This document shows positions 1 through 16,420 of a stretch of 64,000 nt of DNA, in pieces. The DNA is from Vitrella brassicaformis CCMP3155 (taxonomy: Eukaryota > Protista > Chromerida). The notes under the pieces are model-generated. The model was not told where the DNA came from, ran no database searches, and worked only from the letters and a program-made list of their open reading frames with translations. A program made the position numbers and the translations under genes. Each line of letters starts with the position of its first letter. Positions within the stretch are counted from its first letter, which is position 1. The stretch spans positions 62,001-126,000 of the forward strand of contig CDMY01000304.1 of NCBI GenBank assembly GCA_001179505.1, written 5' to 3'.

Positions 1-4556
<4,556 letters not shown>

Positions 4557-4799
4557 ACAGGGGAAAGAGAGGGCTACTGTGAGTGAGTTAGTCTTACTGT
4601 GAGTGATGAAGTGGGGCGATTGTTAGTGAATGCATTAGATGGGGGCGGGACTCTGGGGGGAGGAGGGGGGGCCAATTCATCATTCTCCATTCTGCGTTTT
4701 TGAGCTTCTGGTCCAGCGGCTTCCGACACACTAGCCCTTGCTTAGCTTGTTGCTGTTGGTGGTGGTGGCTGCGTATCGCTCTGATGAGTAGCCTCACGT

Positions 4800-5312
4800 C
4801 AGTCTTCGCAGTTTGACGCAAGCGGACTGTCCTCGAGGTTGCTCAGCTCAACTCGTGCCGGCCGTGATTCACACACAAATGAACCGAGGTGGACACCACA
4901 TCGATTCCCAGCTGTGTCTGCTGAATGCAATGCGTGACTCCTTCCTTGCCTGATCGCAGGTATCGTAACCCTTTGCCTTGCCGCAATCATCAACCAACAC
5001 GCGCTTGCTTGATTGTCTGTCTGTCTGGAACGTGCAGCAAGATGTTCTGTTCCACACCTCAAAAACGCACCTCAGGAAAAGAGGGGGAAAAAAAGAGGAA
5101 AAAAAAGAAAGAAAAGGAAAAAAAAAGAAGAAAACACACACACAAACACATCCGACCCTCAGTGTGCCTTCCTTTTCTTGTGCTTGTCCTCGGTTGCTCG
5201 CTCCTCGTTGTTGCCCTTGTAGACGAAATCCTGTAGCAAGTGGCAGCATAGAGAGACATGAGAATAGAGAGTGTCGCTGCTATCATGCTCGAAAAATTGG
5301 TGTGGTAGGCGA
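4800..5312. repeat. Dispersed duplicated module, copy 1 (blocks 4800-4990 and ~5232-5312)
   Basis: The block AGTCTTCGCAGTTTGACGCAAGCGG...CCTTGCCGCA recurs at ~7389-7580, and TAGCAAGTGGCAGCATAGAGAGACATGAG...GTGGTAGGCGA recurs at ~7682-7763, with few mismatches. Confidence 0.85.
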
Positions 5313-7388
5313 GAGCCACAGGTATGTATCTTCAGCAGCAGCTGATGGATGGATGGATGCCGTGATGTGATGCCGTCTCCCTCATTCCCTCGTTGTCCAT
5401 CTCGAATAGCTGACATAGCCATCGGCACGAGGAGGATCTTCAGTCAGCAGCTGATGGATGCATGAATGGATGATGCCGTCCGTGATGTGATGATGCCGTC
5501 TCCCTCCCTCGTTGTCCATCTCGAATAGCTGACAGGTTCACCTAGTCCTGCGAGCTCAGGATGCATGCGTGCAGGCGAGATGAGACGTCTCGCTTGCCGC
5601 CCCCAGCCTTTCAGCTTCTTTCAGCCCTTTTTCCGAAAGAGCCCATCGCTGATGCTTCTCCACATCCCTTTCCACACCCCTACGGCGTCCTTTTCGCATC
5701 CGGCGCTGACCATTCCCATCAGCTTCAACGCCGCAGGAGGCACCGCAGGAGGGATTCCGAGGGCAGGAGGTGCAGACAGGAGGATGGGCAGCCGAGGGCT
5801 GCAGCCCCCGAGACCAAGAAGGGTGAGATATGAAGGAGGAGGCACGGAGAGCCAAGGGGAGGGCGGGGGAGGGCGGGGGGAGGCTGAAGGCATTTTGTGG
5901 TGGATGCTTGTGTTGGATGGATAGATGGATGGGTGGGCTGGTGGGTGGACGGATGCATCTGCATGGGATGTGCGTGTATGCAGATGCATCGTGTATGCAG
6001 ATGCTGCATGGATTGGATGCGTCCGAAGATGCACGATATGGACGCATTCTCGGTGTGTATGTGCCCTGTGGACACTCCATGTATGCATTTGCAATGAAAT
6101 CTTCGAAAAATGACCATCAGACAGAAAATGAATTCCTTGCACATTTCGGGCGGTTTCTGTGCGGCCCTTTAATCAGCGAATGTCGGCGCACAGAAATCAC
6201 GGTTTCTGTGCGCGTGCCAGAGGGGTGAGAGTGACGCTCGCCGCCATGGATTCTCCATTGGACAGATTCATCGTACATTTGGAGTCGCTGCATGTTGATT
6301 TCACGACTTCCCATGTATCCTGTCATCCATCCATGCGCCTCGGCTGGCAAAAGAGCAAAGATACACAAGTCAACAAGGCACCAGCGGTCGTCCATGCATC
6401 AGCCGCCGGCTACAGAAAGAAGCTATTCAATCGAATCCCCCACGCCTAAGACGGCCAAAGACAGTGCAGACATAGAAAGACAGTCCGACAGACAGGTAGG
6501 CAATGACAAAGAAGCAGCTACAGAGAAGAAAGACAGAGCTGCCGCTGCAGCCCGCTGCAGCCCGCCTTCGTTGTCATTTGGCTGCAGCCAAAGAGCTGCA
6601 GCCAAAGAGCTTCGGTTTTCCTGGCCAACCAAAGAGCTGCAACTCTCCTGCTGCCGAGAAAGAATACGCAGCTGCTGCCGAGCAAGAGTGAGAGTACGCC
6701 CTCCATGCAGTCCCAGCCAAACGCCTACTGCATGGAGGACAGAAAGACAGAGAGACGGACAGAAAGACAGAGAAGTACGAAGACGTCTTGAAAGGCCTCT
6801 CACCCGCTTGCCTTCGGAACCCACCCATCGACGAAACGAATCGATGTATCCAACCTTCGTCGGTCACCTTGACCTTTCGCTTGAGGATAATCATGTGAAA
6901 GTCGACTTCGGCTACCCCTGGTGGGCGTGCATATGACCGCGGGATCCGGGTGAGGGAGTATTAAGAGTAGCACAGGACCTGGGGAGAGGCCAACGGGGTT
7001 TCGGTGAGGGCTGTGTTGCGTGTGTTTTTTGAGAGTGAGTGAGGGGGGAGGGGGGTCGGTGTCTGTGTGTGGGTGTGTCGTGTGTTTGGGTGGGTGGTAC
7101 CTGCATACGTGTTGGTTGTGGTTTCAGGAGCAGGCCGCCTGGATGGACGTCTGCTGCAAGGAAGCTGCATGAATGAGAAAGGGAGAGAGGCGACGAAATG
7201 AAGCGCTTCCTTCGCCAGTGGATCTGCGTGTTACCTGCCGGGCGAGGCGTGTGGTTTTGGGGCGGAGATCTGTCTTCTGCAGCGACCTCTGCAAGCTAAG
7301 CTCGCGATCCGCTGAGATCTTCCCCAAGCAGACCGACAGAGAGATCCACAGGCTTCCCTCTTTTCTCTGTTCGTGTGTCTGTGTCCTT

Positions 7389-7763
7389 CAGTCTTCGCAG
7401 TTTGACGCAAGCGGACTGTCCTCGAGGTTGCTCAGCTCAAACTCGTGCCGGCCGTGATGCACACACAAATAGACCGAGGTGGACACCACATCCATTCCCA
7501 GCTGTGTCTGCTTAATGCAATGCGTGACTCCTTCCTTGCCTGATCGCAGGTATCGTAATCCTTTGCCTTGCCGCAGTCATATCATGATTCTCTTTTTTCT
7601 CCCTTACTTACGTACCTGTGGGGCCGTCGGGAAATGCGATCCATGCACAGCAGCAGGACGACGAGAGCTTCATCGATATACTTGTAGCAAGTGGCAGCAT
7701 AGAGAGACATGAGCATAGACAGTGTTGCTGCTATCATGCTCGAAAAATTGGTGTGGTAGGCGA
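7389..7763. repeat. Dispersed duplicated module, copy 2
   Basis: Same two blocks as 4800-5312 in the same order, separated by a different and shorter spacer. Confidence 0.85.
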
Positions 7764-8373
7764 AAGGTGAGTCTGTCGAATATAAAATGAAGACAACAGT
7801 TCCTGACAGACTCACCTGACACCATACAATGGAAGGCGATAGATATCGGCCAAGATATAAAATCTACGCAGCGATACTCCCTGCACACAACAAGTGGAAG
7901 AAAGAAGAATGCGCACATCCCTCATGCTGAGATGCCGCCTGCCGCAACGAGCTCGAGGAGGCTGTCCACTACCTCAAAATGGGATGTAGGGCTAACCAAC
8001 ACACACACACACACACCGATGGAAAGGACAAATCGGTCCATCATATGGCTCTTTGCTCCGGCGTACAAGACAAACCTGTGCAGCTCATCATGTGGTTGAT
8101 TCGTTTGGACCGCACCCCCTAGCACTCACACACACAACACAAACAGGTATGTGGGCAGGTCATCGACTAAAAGACATCAACAGAGCGGCGTAGCCCAAAG
8201 CATGGATCCATCTCCACCCACTAAGCAGGATCACTCACTCACCTGACAGGTACTTGACCTCGTCATCAGGGTGCTCCTCTAACGCCGCTGAAGGCATCCC
8301 ACACTAACCACGGTGTACAGTACACGGTGGTGGCGGCCGTGATGTGTCGGCGATGAACTTGAGTGTGATGGAC

Positions 8374-8904
8374 CTACTGAAAAGCAAAGGAGAGGGCCAC
8401 ACCATGGAATGCCGTGCGGATGCTATTCGTCAGTGTGGCAGCATTGGTGGCAGCCAACTGTGAGGCGTACTTGAGCTCTTGGGTTGACCTGCCTAGTGGC
8501 TGAAGGTGCAATCCTGACAACACTTGAAGCTTGTCCAGCAGGTTCTTGTTGTCGTCATTTACGGCCGTCAGCTCCTGCGCACACACCACACGGCATCCAG
8601 ATTGGCATGTTTTTAGGTCGATGATCTTACCTTGTTGATCTCAGACTTTTCCCGGCACACACGCAACAGCTCCTGAAAGACAGGGCAGCAGAGGTTGTTG
8701 GCAGCCATTAGCCCGCCTTCCCTCTCCCCTACCTGCTCAAGTATCTTCTCCTTTCTGGCCCACTCGTCCCGCTCGGCGCGCAACTTGTCCTTAAGGAGAC
8801 GAATCATCTCCTGAGAGTCGAAGCAAAGATGGGAACACACAGATGCTTACCCACATCCTGTCAGGCAGGCGTACCTTATCGCTGCCTCCATCTGGCAGCG
8901 TCAT
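8374..8904 (-). CDS. Small coiled-coil protein of unknown function (putative 4 exons)
   Basis: Phase-0 GT-AG splicing joins MTLPDGGSDK|EMIRLLKDKLRAERDEWARKEKILEQ|ELLRVCREKSEINK|ELTAVNDDNKNLLDKLQV...; heptad-like L/E/K/R composition. Ends uncertain. Confidence 0.5.
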
Positions 8905-9039
8905 CAACGCTGTGAGTGGAGGCCGTGGGCTGGCCAGTGGGGTAGCGGGTCAGATTGAGGAGGCGTCTCTCGGGGGCTTCAGACGAAAGAGAAGAGACAT
9001 GAGCAAATCTTGATTATCACCTCTTTTGTGTCTCCCTCA

Positions 9040-12000
9040 CTTACGTACCTGTGGGGCCGCCGGGGGCAGGCGTGGATGATTTAGTAGGCAGGCGCATCGG
9101 AGATGTAAGATGGACACGGCGATCCATCTGCACACAGACACGAGACACGTACACACGACTTGATGAGCATAGTATACTTCGACAGCTCACTTTTGATGTG
9201 CGTGGCGGGACAATGCAGTGCGGTGGAATGGGTTGTCATCGGCCGATCGAATATAAAATGTAGCCAGCGATCTGCGCACCACCCGTTCACAGAGAGAAGA
9301 GAACAGAAGACAAGTCTTTTCGTGGTTGTGCCACTTCTCCTGGGACGGCACAGGTCAACACAAGAGACACGTGTCTACCGATGGATCGGCGTCCTTTGGC
9401 GGCGTACACACATGATGCGAAGCGGCGAAGGGGAAAATACGCCGATCGAATATAAAATGTAAGCAGCGATGGACCGCCTGTAGACAAACAGGCCGGTGGG
9501 CATACAGACGAACTCGTCGGCCTGCTTTGCTCACCTACTGCGTGGCGTTGGCGGCGTCACACAGCGTGAAAGCACACGAGTGAATGAGTGGATGTGTGTG
9601 TCCATCTGCCTACTTTCTTCGGTGCCTTCTTGGTGGGCTTCGTCGGCTCCAACTTGGCTGTCAGCAGGGGGGCCGTGACATTGGGGGCCTCGATGATTCA
9701 GAAGGGATTCTGCACACACACAGACATCCATGTCGGGCATTTAAGGGTGTGCGTGTATGTGCGGGTATCTTTGTGTGGGTGTCTGGTCTTTGCGTACGGG
9801 GTTCGGCTTGGCTGCGGCAAGTTTCGCGAGGAAATCAGGGCACTGCAGATACCCATGGCCGGCGCACCCGCACCAGAAACACACCTGCTGCATACACATT
9901 GATATGCGCACACAGAGAGATACGCAGACAATGTGGTGGCTGGATGGATGCGTACGTGTGTGCTGCCTGCGCACCTTGAAGTTGAACTTGACCCTGGTCG
10001 TGGGTACACTTCTGCACACACACGCAGAGGCGTGCATACGTCGATGCTTCACAGTAGCGAATCATCAGGCTTGTGTGTGTGTGAACTTTACGTCCGTCGT
10101 GGACGGACGCACATCCTCCTTGGACCCCAGCTCAACCTCAACGCCCTGGAATCATGAGACACACACGCACACACACACACACACACATTGATGGGCAGCC
10201 ATGGAAGCATCTGTGTACGTGTTGCTCGTCTTGGTGCCGGTGGGGGTGCCGGGCTCCTTAACCTTCTTGGAGAGGTTGTCCCACACTGTCTTGCCCTTGT
10301 TCGGCATCGTGGAGCAGGGGACTCCGAAGTCCTGTGAGCAGCTCACACGCACACAGATAATTACAGGCCTGCAGGCACGTGTTGATCAGTAAACAGCTCA
10401 CCTTCGATGTGCAAACGGCCAGCAAGGCAGTGCGGTCCAAAGTCGTCATGAGTCCATCGAAAATGAAATGTAGCCAGCGATCTGCACACCACCCACACAA
10501 AGCGAAGAGAAAACAAAGTGTTTCTTTACGTATTGTACAATCATCCACCCAACCACCCCCTCACCAGCAGCACCGCCACAGTTGGTCAGTCAGTCTGGGT
10601 GCACGTGGTGGCCGCGGAAAGTGCCAGATCCCCCGGCAGTTGATACAGCGGTTGCACCAGTGCACGGGATCCTCCTCCTCAGCTGGTGTCTCGTAATGGT
10701 AGCTGAAACGCATGCCTGCAGACAGACAAACAAACACGGAGACATCACGCATTAGCGCATGCGATGCATCTGTCTGGACTGCTCGACTGCCTGCACCCTA
10801 CCTGTGTCGCCGAGTGGAATCCGAAAGAAATTGCGACGGCCGTGGTCGTGCTTGCGGAGGTGCTGGTGGTAGTTGCGGCCCAGCACCAGCAGGGACCGAA
10901 TCGACCTGCACACACGACACACCCACACACAGACGCTGGCCATGTTGTGAGTGGGTGAGTGGATGTGTGTGGAAGGATACCGTTTGCGTCGCAGTCGTCT
11001 GAAACACAAATCCACAGACACAAATGCATGATTGAAGCCGTCATTCCTCTCATGCTTACCTTGACTGTTGGCTTCTTCAAGTTGGCAGCTGATTGTTGTC
11101 TTCCCTGGCAGCCGTCAACTCCGATTCCGGAGTTCTCGCGGCATGAGTGAATGAGTGGATGTGTGTGCCCGTCTGCGTACCTTCTTCCGTGCCTTGAGCT
11201 TGAGGTTGACGATGCCCTTCGCGGTAATGATTCAGAAGGGATTCTGCACACACAGACAGATAGCCATGTCCGGCATTTAAGGGTGTGTGCGTCGGTGTGT
11301 GTATGTGTGGATGCCCGATCTTTGCGCACCTCGCCTTCGGCTGCGGCGAGGTCCTTCATCATGGCATCGTGGTGGTTGTTGGTGCACACCTGCACACACA
11401 GGGATAGACGTACGTCGATGTATCACAGCAGCAAATCATCAGACTTCTCTGTGTGAGCTTTACCTTGGTCGACTCAACGCGCTGGAATCATCAGAGACAA
11501 ACACACATACACACAGAACCACATACACACATTGATGGGCAGCCATGCAGGCATCTATGCTGGCGAGTGTTGCTGTGCGTACCTTGGTGGTGGCGGTTGT
11601 CTTTGAAGGCTTGCTCTTGGGGGGGCCGTTAGTCCACTTCCCCTTGTCTGTTGGTCTCGGGTGTGTCACTTCTGCAGACCTCGTCGGCCGGCGTGAAGTC
11701 CTTCAGGCTGTCCTGGGAGCCTGGCTGGAGAGGGTACTCCCGTCAGACACACACAGCCACAATTCATCAGACATCCATTCGTCAATTGTCTGTGTGTCGT
11801 ACTCACATTCTTATCGAACTGAGAAACCTGTGATCAGAGCACACACACACACAGACACACACAGACAGACAGACAGACAGACAGACAGGGACAGGCATCT
11901 GTATGCGCGTGACTGCAAGTGTGTGTCACTCTGCGCACCGTGTCGTTGGTGTCAGTGCTGGTGGTGGTGCTGCCCGTCGGCGTGCGAGGCTCCTCGCTGA

Positions 12001-12200
12001 CAACCTGCGAAAGATCAAGACCGCAGGAACGGCTCTCGACATGGCTCCTCCTTCCCTGTTCTTCCCTCATCACCCTCCCTCGCTTTGCATACCTTCACGA
12101 CTTCACGCCACTCCTGCTTAGGTGGTGGCTGCTGGCGACCACGAGCACGACTACGAGCACGACCACGACCACGAGGACGACCACGAGGACGACCACCCAT
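9040..12200 (-). pseudogene. Internally duplicated, partly decayed multi-exon gene(s) with AT-hook-like and CCHC zinc-knuckle motifs
   Basis: Splice-bounded minus-strand segments: MGGRPRGRPRGRGR...EWREVVK|gtatgc (~12093-12200), VCFWCGCAGHGYLQC (CX2CX4HX4C, ~9820-9872), repeated (D/H)R(W/C)LHFIFD exons (~9255, ~9455, ~10470), and paralogous blocks 9575-9760 vs 11140-11290. Exon phases do not join consistently. Confidence 0.4.
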
Positions 12201-12707
12201 CGCGGACGGAGAGCTGCAGGATCCAGCCAGGAACCGACAAGGGTCTCCACATGAATGAATGGATGTCATATTCGGGGGTTATCAGTCCGCCGAAGCGGCC
12301 AAATGTGCGAAAGCAAATAGAGGAGACATGAGCGAATATGTCTTCTTACTTATACGTACCTGAGTGGCCTTCCACATAATGCTTGAGCAACGCTGCCATA
12401 AGACTTCTAAGGCAAAAGGGACAGATGTCAAGTGTTCGTCACGACTGGCGGCTGGCCTACTCAGAAGCTCCGCTTCTGTCTGAAGACACAGCTCGGTTTT
12501 CTGGTGAAGAAATCGGTGAGCGTTTCTGAATACGCGACTACCTTTATGGCTCCCATACGCATGCTTTCTTGTTGGTCAGGAGGCTGTCGTCGCTGGGAAA
12601 ACTTCTCCGCCGGCTGCAAGACACAAATATGATTAGGGGAATCTCTAAAATTGTCTCTTTTTCTCGCTTTTTTTCGTCGGACCGAAGGATCGCCCATCTG
12701 AAAAGCA

Positions 12708-14025
12708 GCAGACAGGGAAGCTGACGTGCGCGTCAACACCAGACTCAATGAGGCAGTCACCCACCTCACCAACCTTCAGAGAAATGCGTCGAGAAAATGA
12801 GACAGGAATGAGAAGAATAAACCACCAGCCCATCTGCACACACAGACATGACAAGGGGAGGCATCTGAGCACACGCATGGCAACAAAATGCACCATGCAT
12901 TCATCCCTACACATCATCCACACACCACACCATCACCACACCCAACAAACATAACACACGAGGCCACACTCACATGTACTCACCTGTTGGAGGTCGGTTT
13001 GGGCAAAACGAAGGCGCGTGCGCACTCTGCAGGCGCCAGGGAGTCGCCAGCCGCTCAGCAGAAGGCAGGGCGCCATCAAACAAGGCCTCGTCCGGGGCAC
13101 GGCGGTGGAGGAAAAAAGTGGCGGATGACATCCGGACGAGTTGGAAGGAGTAGAGGGAGATGCGGCGGATAACACAAGCTAACAACCAGACGAAAAGAAC
13201 AACAAACGGAGGAGATGTGGCGAAACAAGGCTGCAAAGCCGAACTGGGACGGAAAATGTGAAGAATGTGGCCCGCAGTCTCGTAAATCATTCGTCTCCGT
13301 CTCACCTCACGAAAATCTCGCCGCGCTTGGATTTCGTTTTCTGCGGACGACAGAAGGCCATAGAGGCAGACAGGGAATCTCACGTGCACGTGAACATCAG
13401 ACTGAGTGAGAAACTCAGCCACCTCACCAATCTTCAGAGAAATGTGTCGAGAACAAGAGACGGGAACAAGAAAAAAGCCACCCGTTCATCTGCACGCACA
13501 AACACGGCAACAGGAGGCATCTGAGCACACGCATGGCAACGGAATGTACCATGCATTCATCCCTACACATCATCCACACACCACACCATCACCGCACCCA
13601 ACAAAGATAACACACGAGGCCACACTCATATGTACTCACCTGTTAGAGATCGGTTTGGGCGAAAAAAGGCGCGTGCGCACTCTGCAGGCGCCAGGGAGTC
13701 GCCAGCCGCTCCGCAGAAGGCAGGGCGCCAGCAAACGAGGCCTCGCCCTTGGCACGACGGTGAGGAAAAAAGTGGCGGATGACGTCCGGACGAGTTGGGA
13801 CGGGTAGAGGGAGAGGCGGCGGACAACACAAGCCAACAACCACCCAAAAAGAAAGAGAAACGGAGGAGATGTGGCCGAAACAAGGCTGCAAAGCCGAACT
13901 GGGACAAAAATGTGAAAAACGGCCCGCAGTCTCGTAAATCATTCGTCTCCGTCTCAGCTCGCAAAAATCTCGCCGCGCTTGGATTTCGTTTTCTGCGGAC
14001 GACAGGAGGCCATTAGAGGCAGAGA
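12708..14025. repeat. Tandem direct duplication, ~660-bp unit x2 (approx. 12708-13366 and 13367-14025)
   Basis: Colinear matches throughout, e.g. CCACCTCACCAA(C/T)CTTCAGAGAAATG, CATTCATCCCTACACATCATCCACACACCACACCATCACC, GCGTGCGCACTCTGCAGGCGCCAGGGAGTCGCCAGCCGCTC, CCCGCAGTCTCGTAAATCATTCGTCTCCGTCTCA; moderately diverged. Confidence 0.9.
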
Positions 14026-14851
14026 GAGGGAGAGAGGATTGCTGCTGCCGCAGATGAGGTCAGATCGCGTGAAAGCCGCTCACTTTGATGGAATTTTTTT
14101 CACTTTTCGGCTGGCCGGATGGCGGTCTGACGCCGAGATGCGCCTGTCTGGGTGCGGAGGTTCTTCAATTGCCCTCTAGTGGATCCTCAGCAAGGCTCAA
14201 AGCACTTGACCAGCCAGCCATTGTGGACCGGAACAGCTCGATTTCTTGTTGACCTTTGCAGAGCGATGAGTTCACGTCATGGTTTGCGTGAGTGTGTGTA
14301 TGGTGAGATGACCTTCACCTTCATCGGCACTGAGTGGATGCCTTCAAGCTTCATGGAATGACCTCGAAAATGGGATCGCCTCACTGACATCAACAGCCCA
14401 GACACACATGCACCGATCCTGCCTCCTCACCACCTGGCACACAGCGATGGCATGGCCGGCACCAGGCAGATAGATTAGCCACCAAAGCCACGACAAAAGA
14501 GCAGTGAGAGCAGTGACATCCACGCCCTTCTCTCCCTCATGTGACCACCCATATGCCCTGCACGAAAGATGACATGTAAGTCAGTGAAGACTGGCTGCCG
14601 AGCCCCAGTTGTGTCTGTACCCATTGTCGTGAGGCTACAGTGGCTCAATCGATTGGGTAACATCGATCACAAGGCGCCAGGAAGAAGCCACACGGACCGA
14701 CAGGCGCTCCCCATATTCGATAACAGATCACTCCCTCTTCACAAGGACTCCTGACACTCAGACAAGAGACAAAGCGGCCCCTGGCTATTCGACGAACGGG
14801 TCACGTGCGTGTTATGTTGCTTACGGGAGAGCAGCGACATCGGTGGCTTTC

Positions 14852-15151
14852 NNNNNNNNNNNNNNNNNNNNNNNNNNNNNNNNNNNNNNNNNNNNNNNNN
14901 NNNNNNNNNNNNNNNNNNNNNNNNNNNNNNNNNNNNNNNNNNNNNNNNNNNNNNNNNNNNNNNNNNNNNNNNNNNNNNNNNNNNNNNNNNNNNNNNNNNN
15001 NNNNNNNNNNNNNNNNNNNNNNNNNNNNNNNNNNNNNNNNNNNNNNNNNNNNNNNNNNNNNNNNNNNNNNNNNNNNNNNNNNNNNNNNNNNNNNNNNNNN
15101 NNNNNNNNNNNNNNNNNNNNNNNNNNNNNNNNNNNNNNNNNNNNNNNNNNN
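14852..15151. other. Assembly gap (300 N)
   Basis: Run of N. Confidence 1.
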
Positions 15152-16420
15152 TGTACCCATGTGCCCTGCACTGAAAAGATGGAAAATGGAATGAAGCGAA
15201 TACTGGCTGGCAAGTGTCACATGTATCCATGCGTTTGTGCCCACGTTGGCGCAGTCGATAGGGTCACACCGACCAAAAGCCACATTGGGGCGATGACGAC
15301 TGTCTTGTGAACACCACTCGCATGGGCCGCACCTCTCCTGACACAGACAAAGAGAGAGAGGTAGGTGTCTGTATGTTCGGCTTGTGTGTGTCATGCTTGG
15401 TTACTCGTCCATTGTGCCTCTTGTGTGTTGACTTGTTGACATCGGCCGACACGGGACAGAACCATCAGTCCTCACGCACTGCCTGCCGGCCACCCTGCAA
15501 AGGGTAGCGGATACACATGCGATCACAGAAGTCATCACATGACGTGCACGGCTGTCCTGAGCGTACCATGACGGATGCCGTTAGATCGAATGCATTTGTC
15601 TCATCCTGGTGAGGCCTTTCGTCGTCTTCATCAACGTTGATCAACCTGTAGATGTGACATCCATATGGAAGCCATCCCAATGACTGAATGACAGCCCCAA
15701 CTCATTATGCGCACTCACTCCCGACCTGTATGAGCCCATCGATGCATCCATCGCTGCGCCTGATGTGTGGGCCCGTCAAGGGGTAGGAAGCGAGTCATGC
15801 ACCGCCCGCATGAACTCGCGTATGAACGTATCTGGCCTCGGGGGAGGCGTCTATCACATGCTCGTTCTCTTCATTCTTCTCAAGACGACCTGCATGACAG
15901 AGTAAAGAAGAAGGAACAGCCACGGTGAATGCATTGTCGTTGCCTGTCCTCCCCCCTTCTCTCCCTCTCCGACTGCTTCGCCTGCGAGCTTAGCCGGCAG
16001 CAGCTGCGGCGGTTTCAGGAAGCACCCTAGGCCCCTGGTGTCTGTTCTATCAGGCCGCAAACCGACTCGTCCGGTCCCATTCCCGCCCCCTCCTTTTGTT
16101 TTTTGTTCTGTCCATTGAAACAGTCATGCCAGCCACGTTTCGCAGACACCACAGCAAGGACGCAACAGCCACAATTGGCCAGAGGGCGGCGCTTTGGCCT
16201 CGAAGGCAACTGCATTCTCGTTCTCTGTCTTCACGTGTTCGTGATTCTGTCTCGTTTTGTCGCCACTAGTACTTCATTTGCCAGACAAGCAAAGAGGCCG
16301 GCAATCAACAGTATGCAGACAAGGAGAGACGCAGAGGTGGGACTACGATCAGTACCACTGCTGTGCAACGGGGTCCCTGCACACACACAGACGCACACAC
16401 ACACTCTCACATGAAGGCAT

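Noticed and set aside
6500-6700. GCTGCAGCCAAAGAG repeats resembling an AAAKE coding repeat
   Set aside because: Frames are broken, with no supporting start or splice structure; at most a decayed fragment.
9690-11245. Conserved in-frame TGA (NPF*II...) in both paralogous blocks, suggesting selenocysteine or readthrough
   Set aside because: Another frame is open in both copies (SLLNH...GTEE), no SECIS was identified, and the region looks decayed.
12122-12331. His/Asp/Glu-rich metal-binding peptide (DHEHDYEHDHDHEDDH) on the plus strand
   Set aside because: More simply the antisense shadow of the minus-strand GRPRGRPRGRGR exon, which has a good GTATGC donor and phase-consistent downstream exons.
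14739-15394. ORFs spanning N gaps (also at 33.1-33.7 kb and 55.4-55.9 kb)
   Set aside because: Open only because N codons contain no stops.
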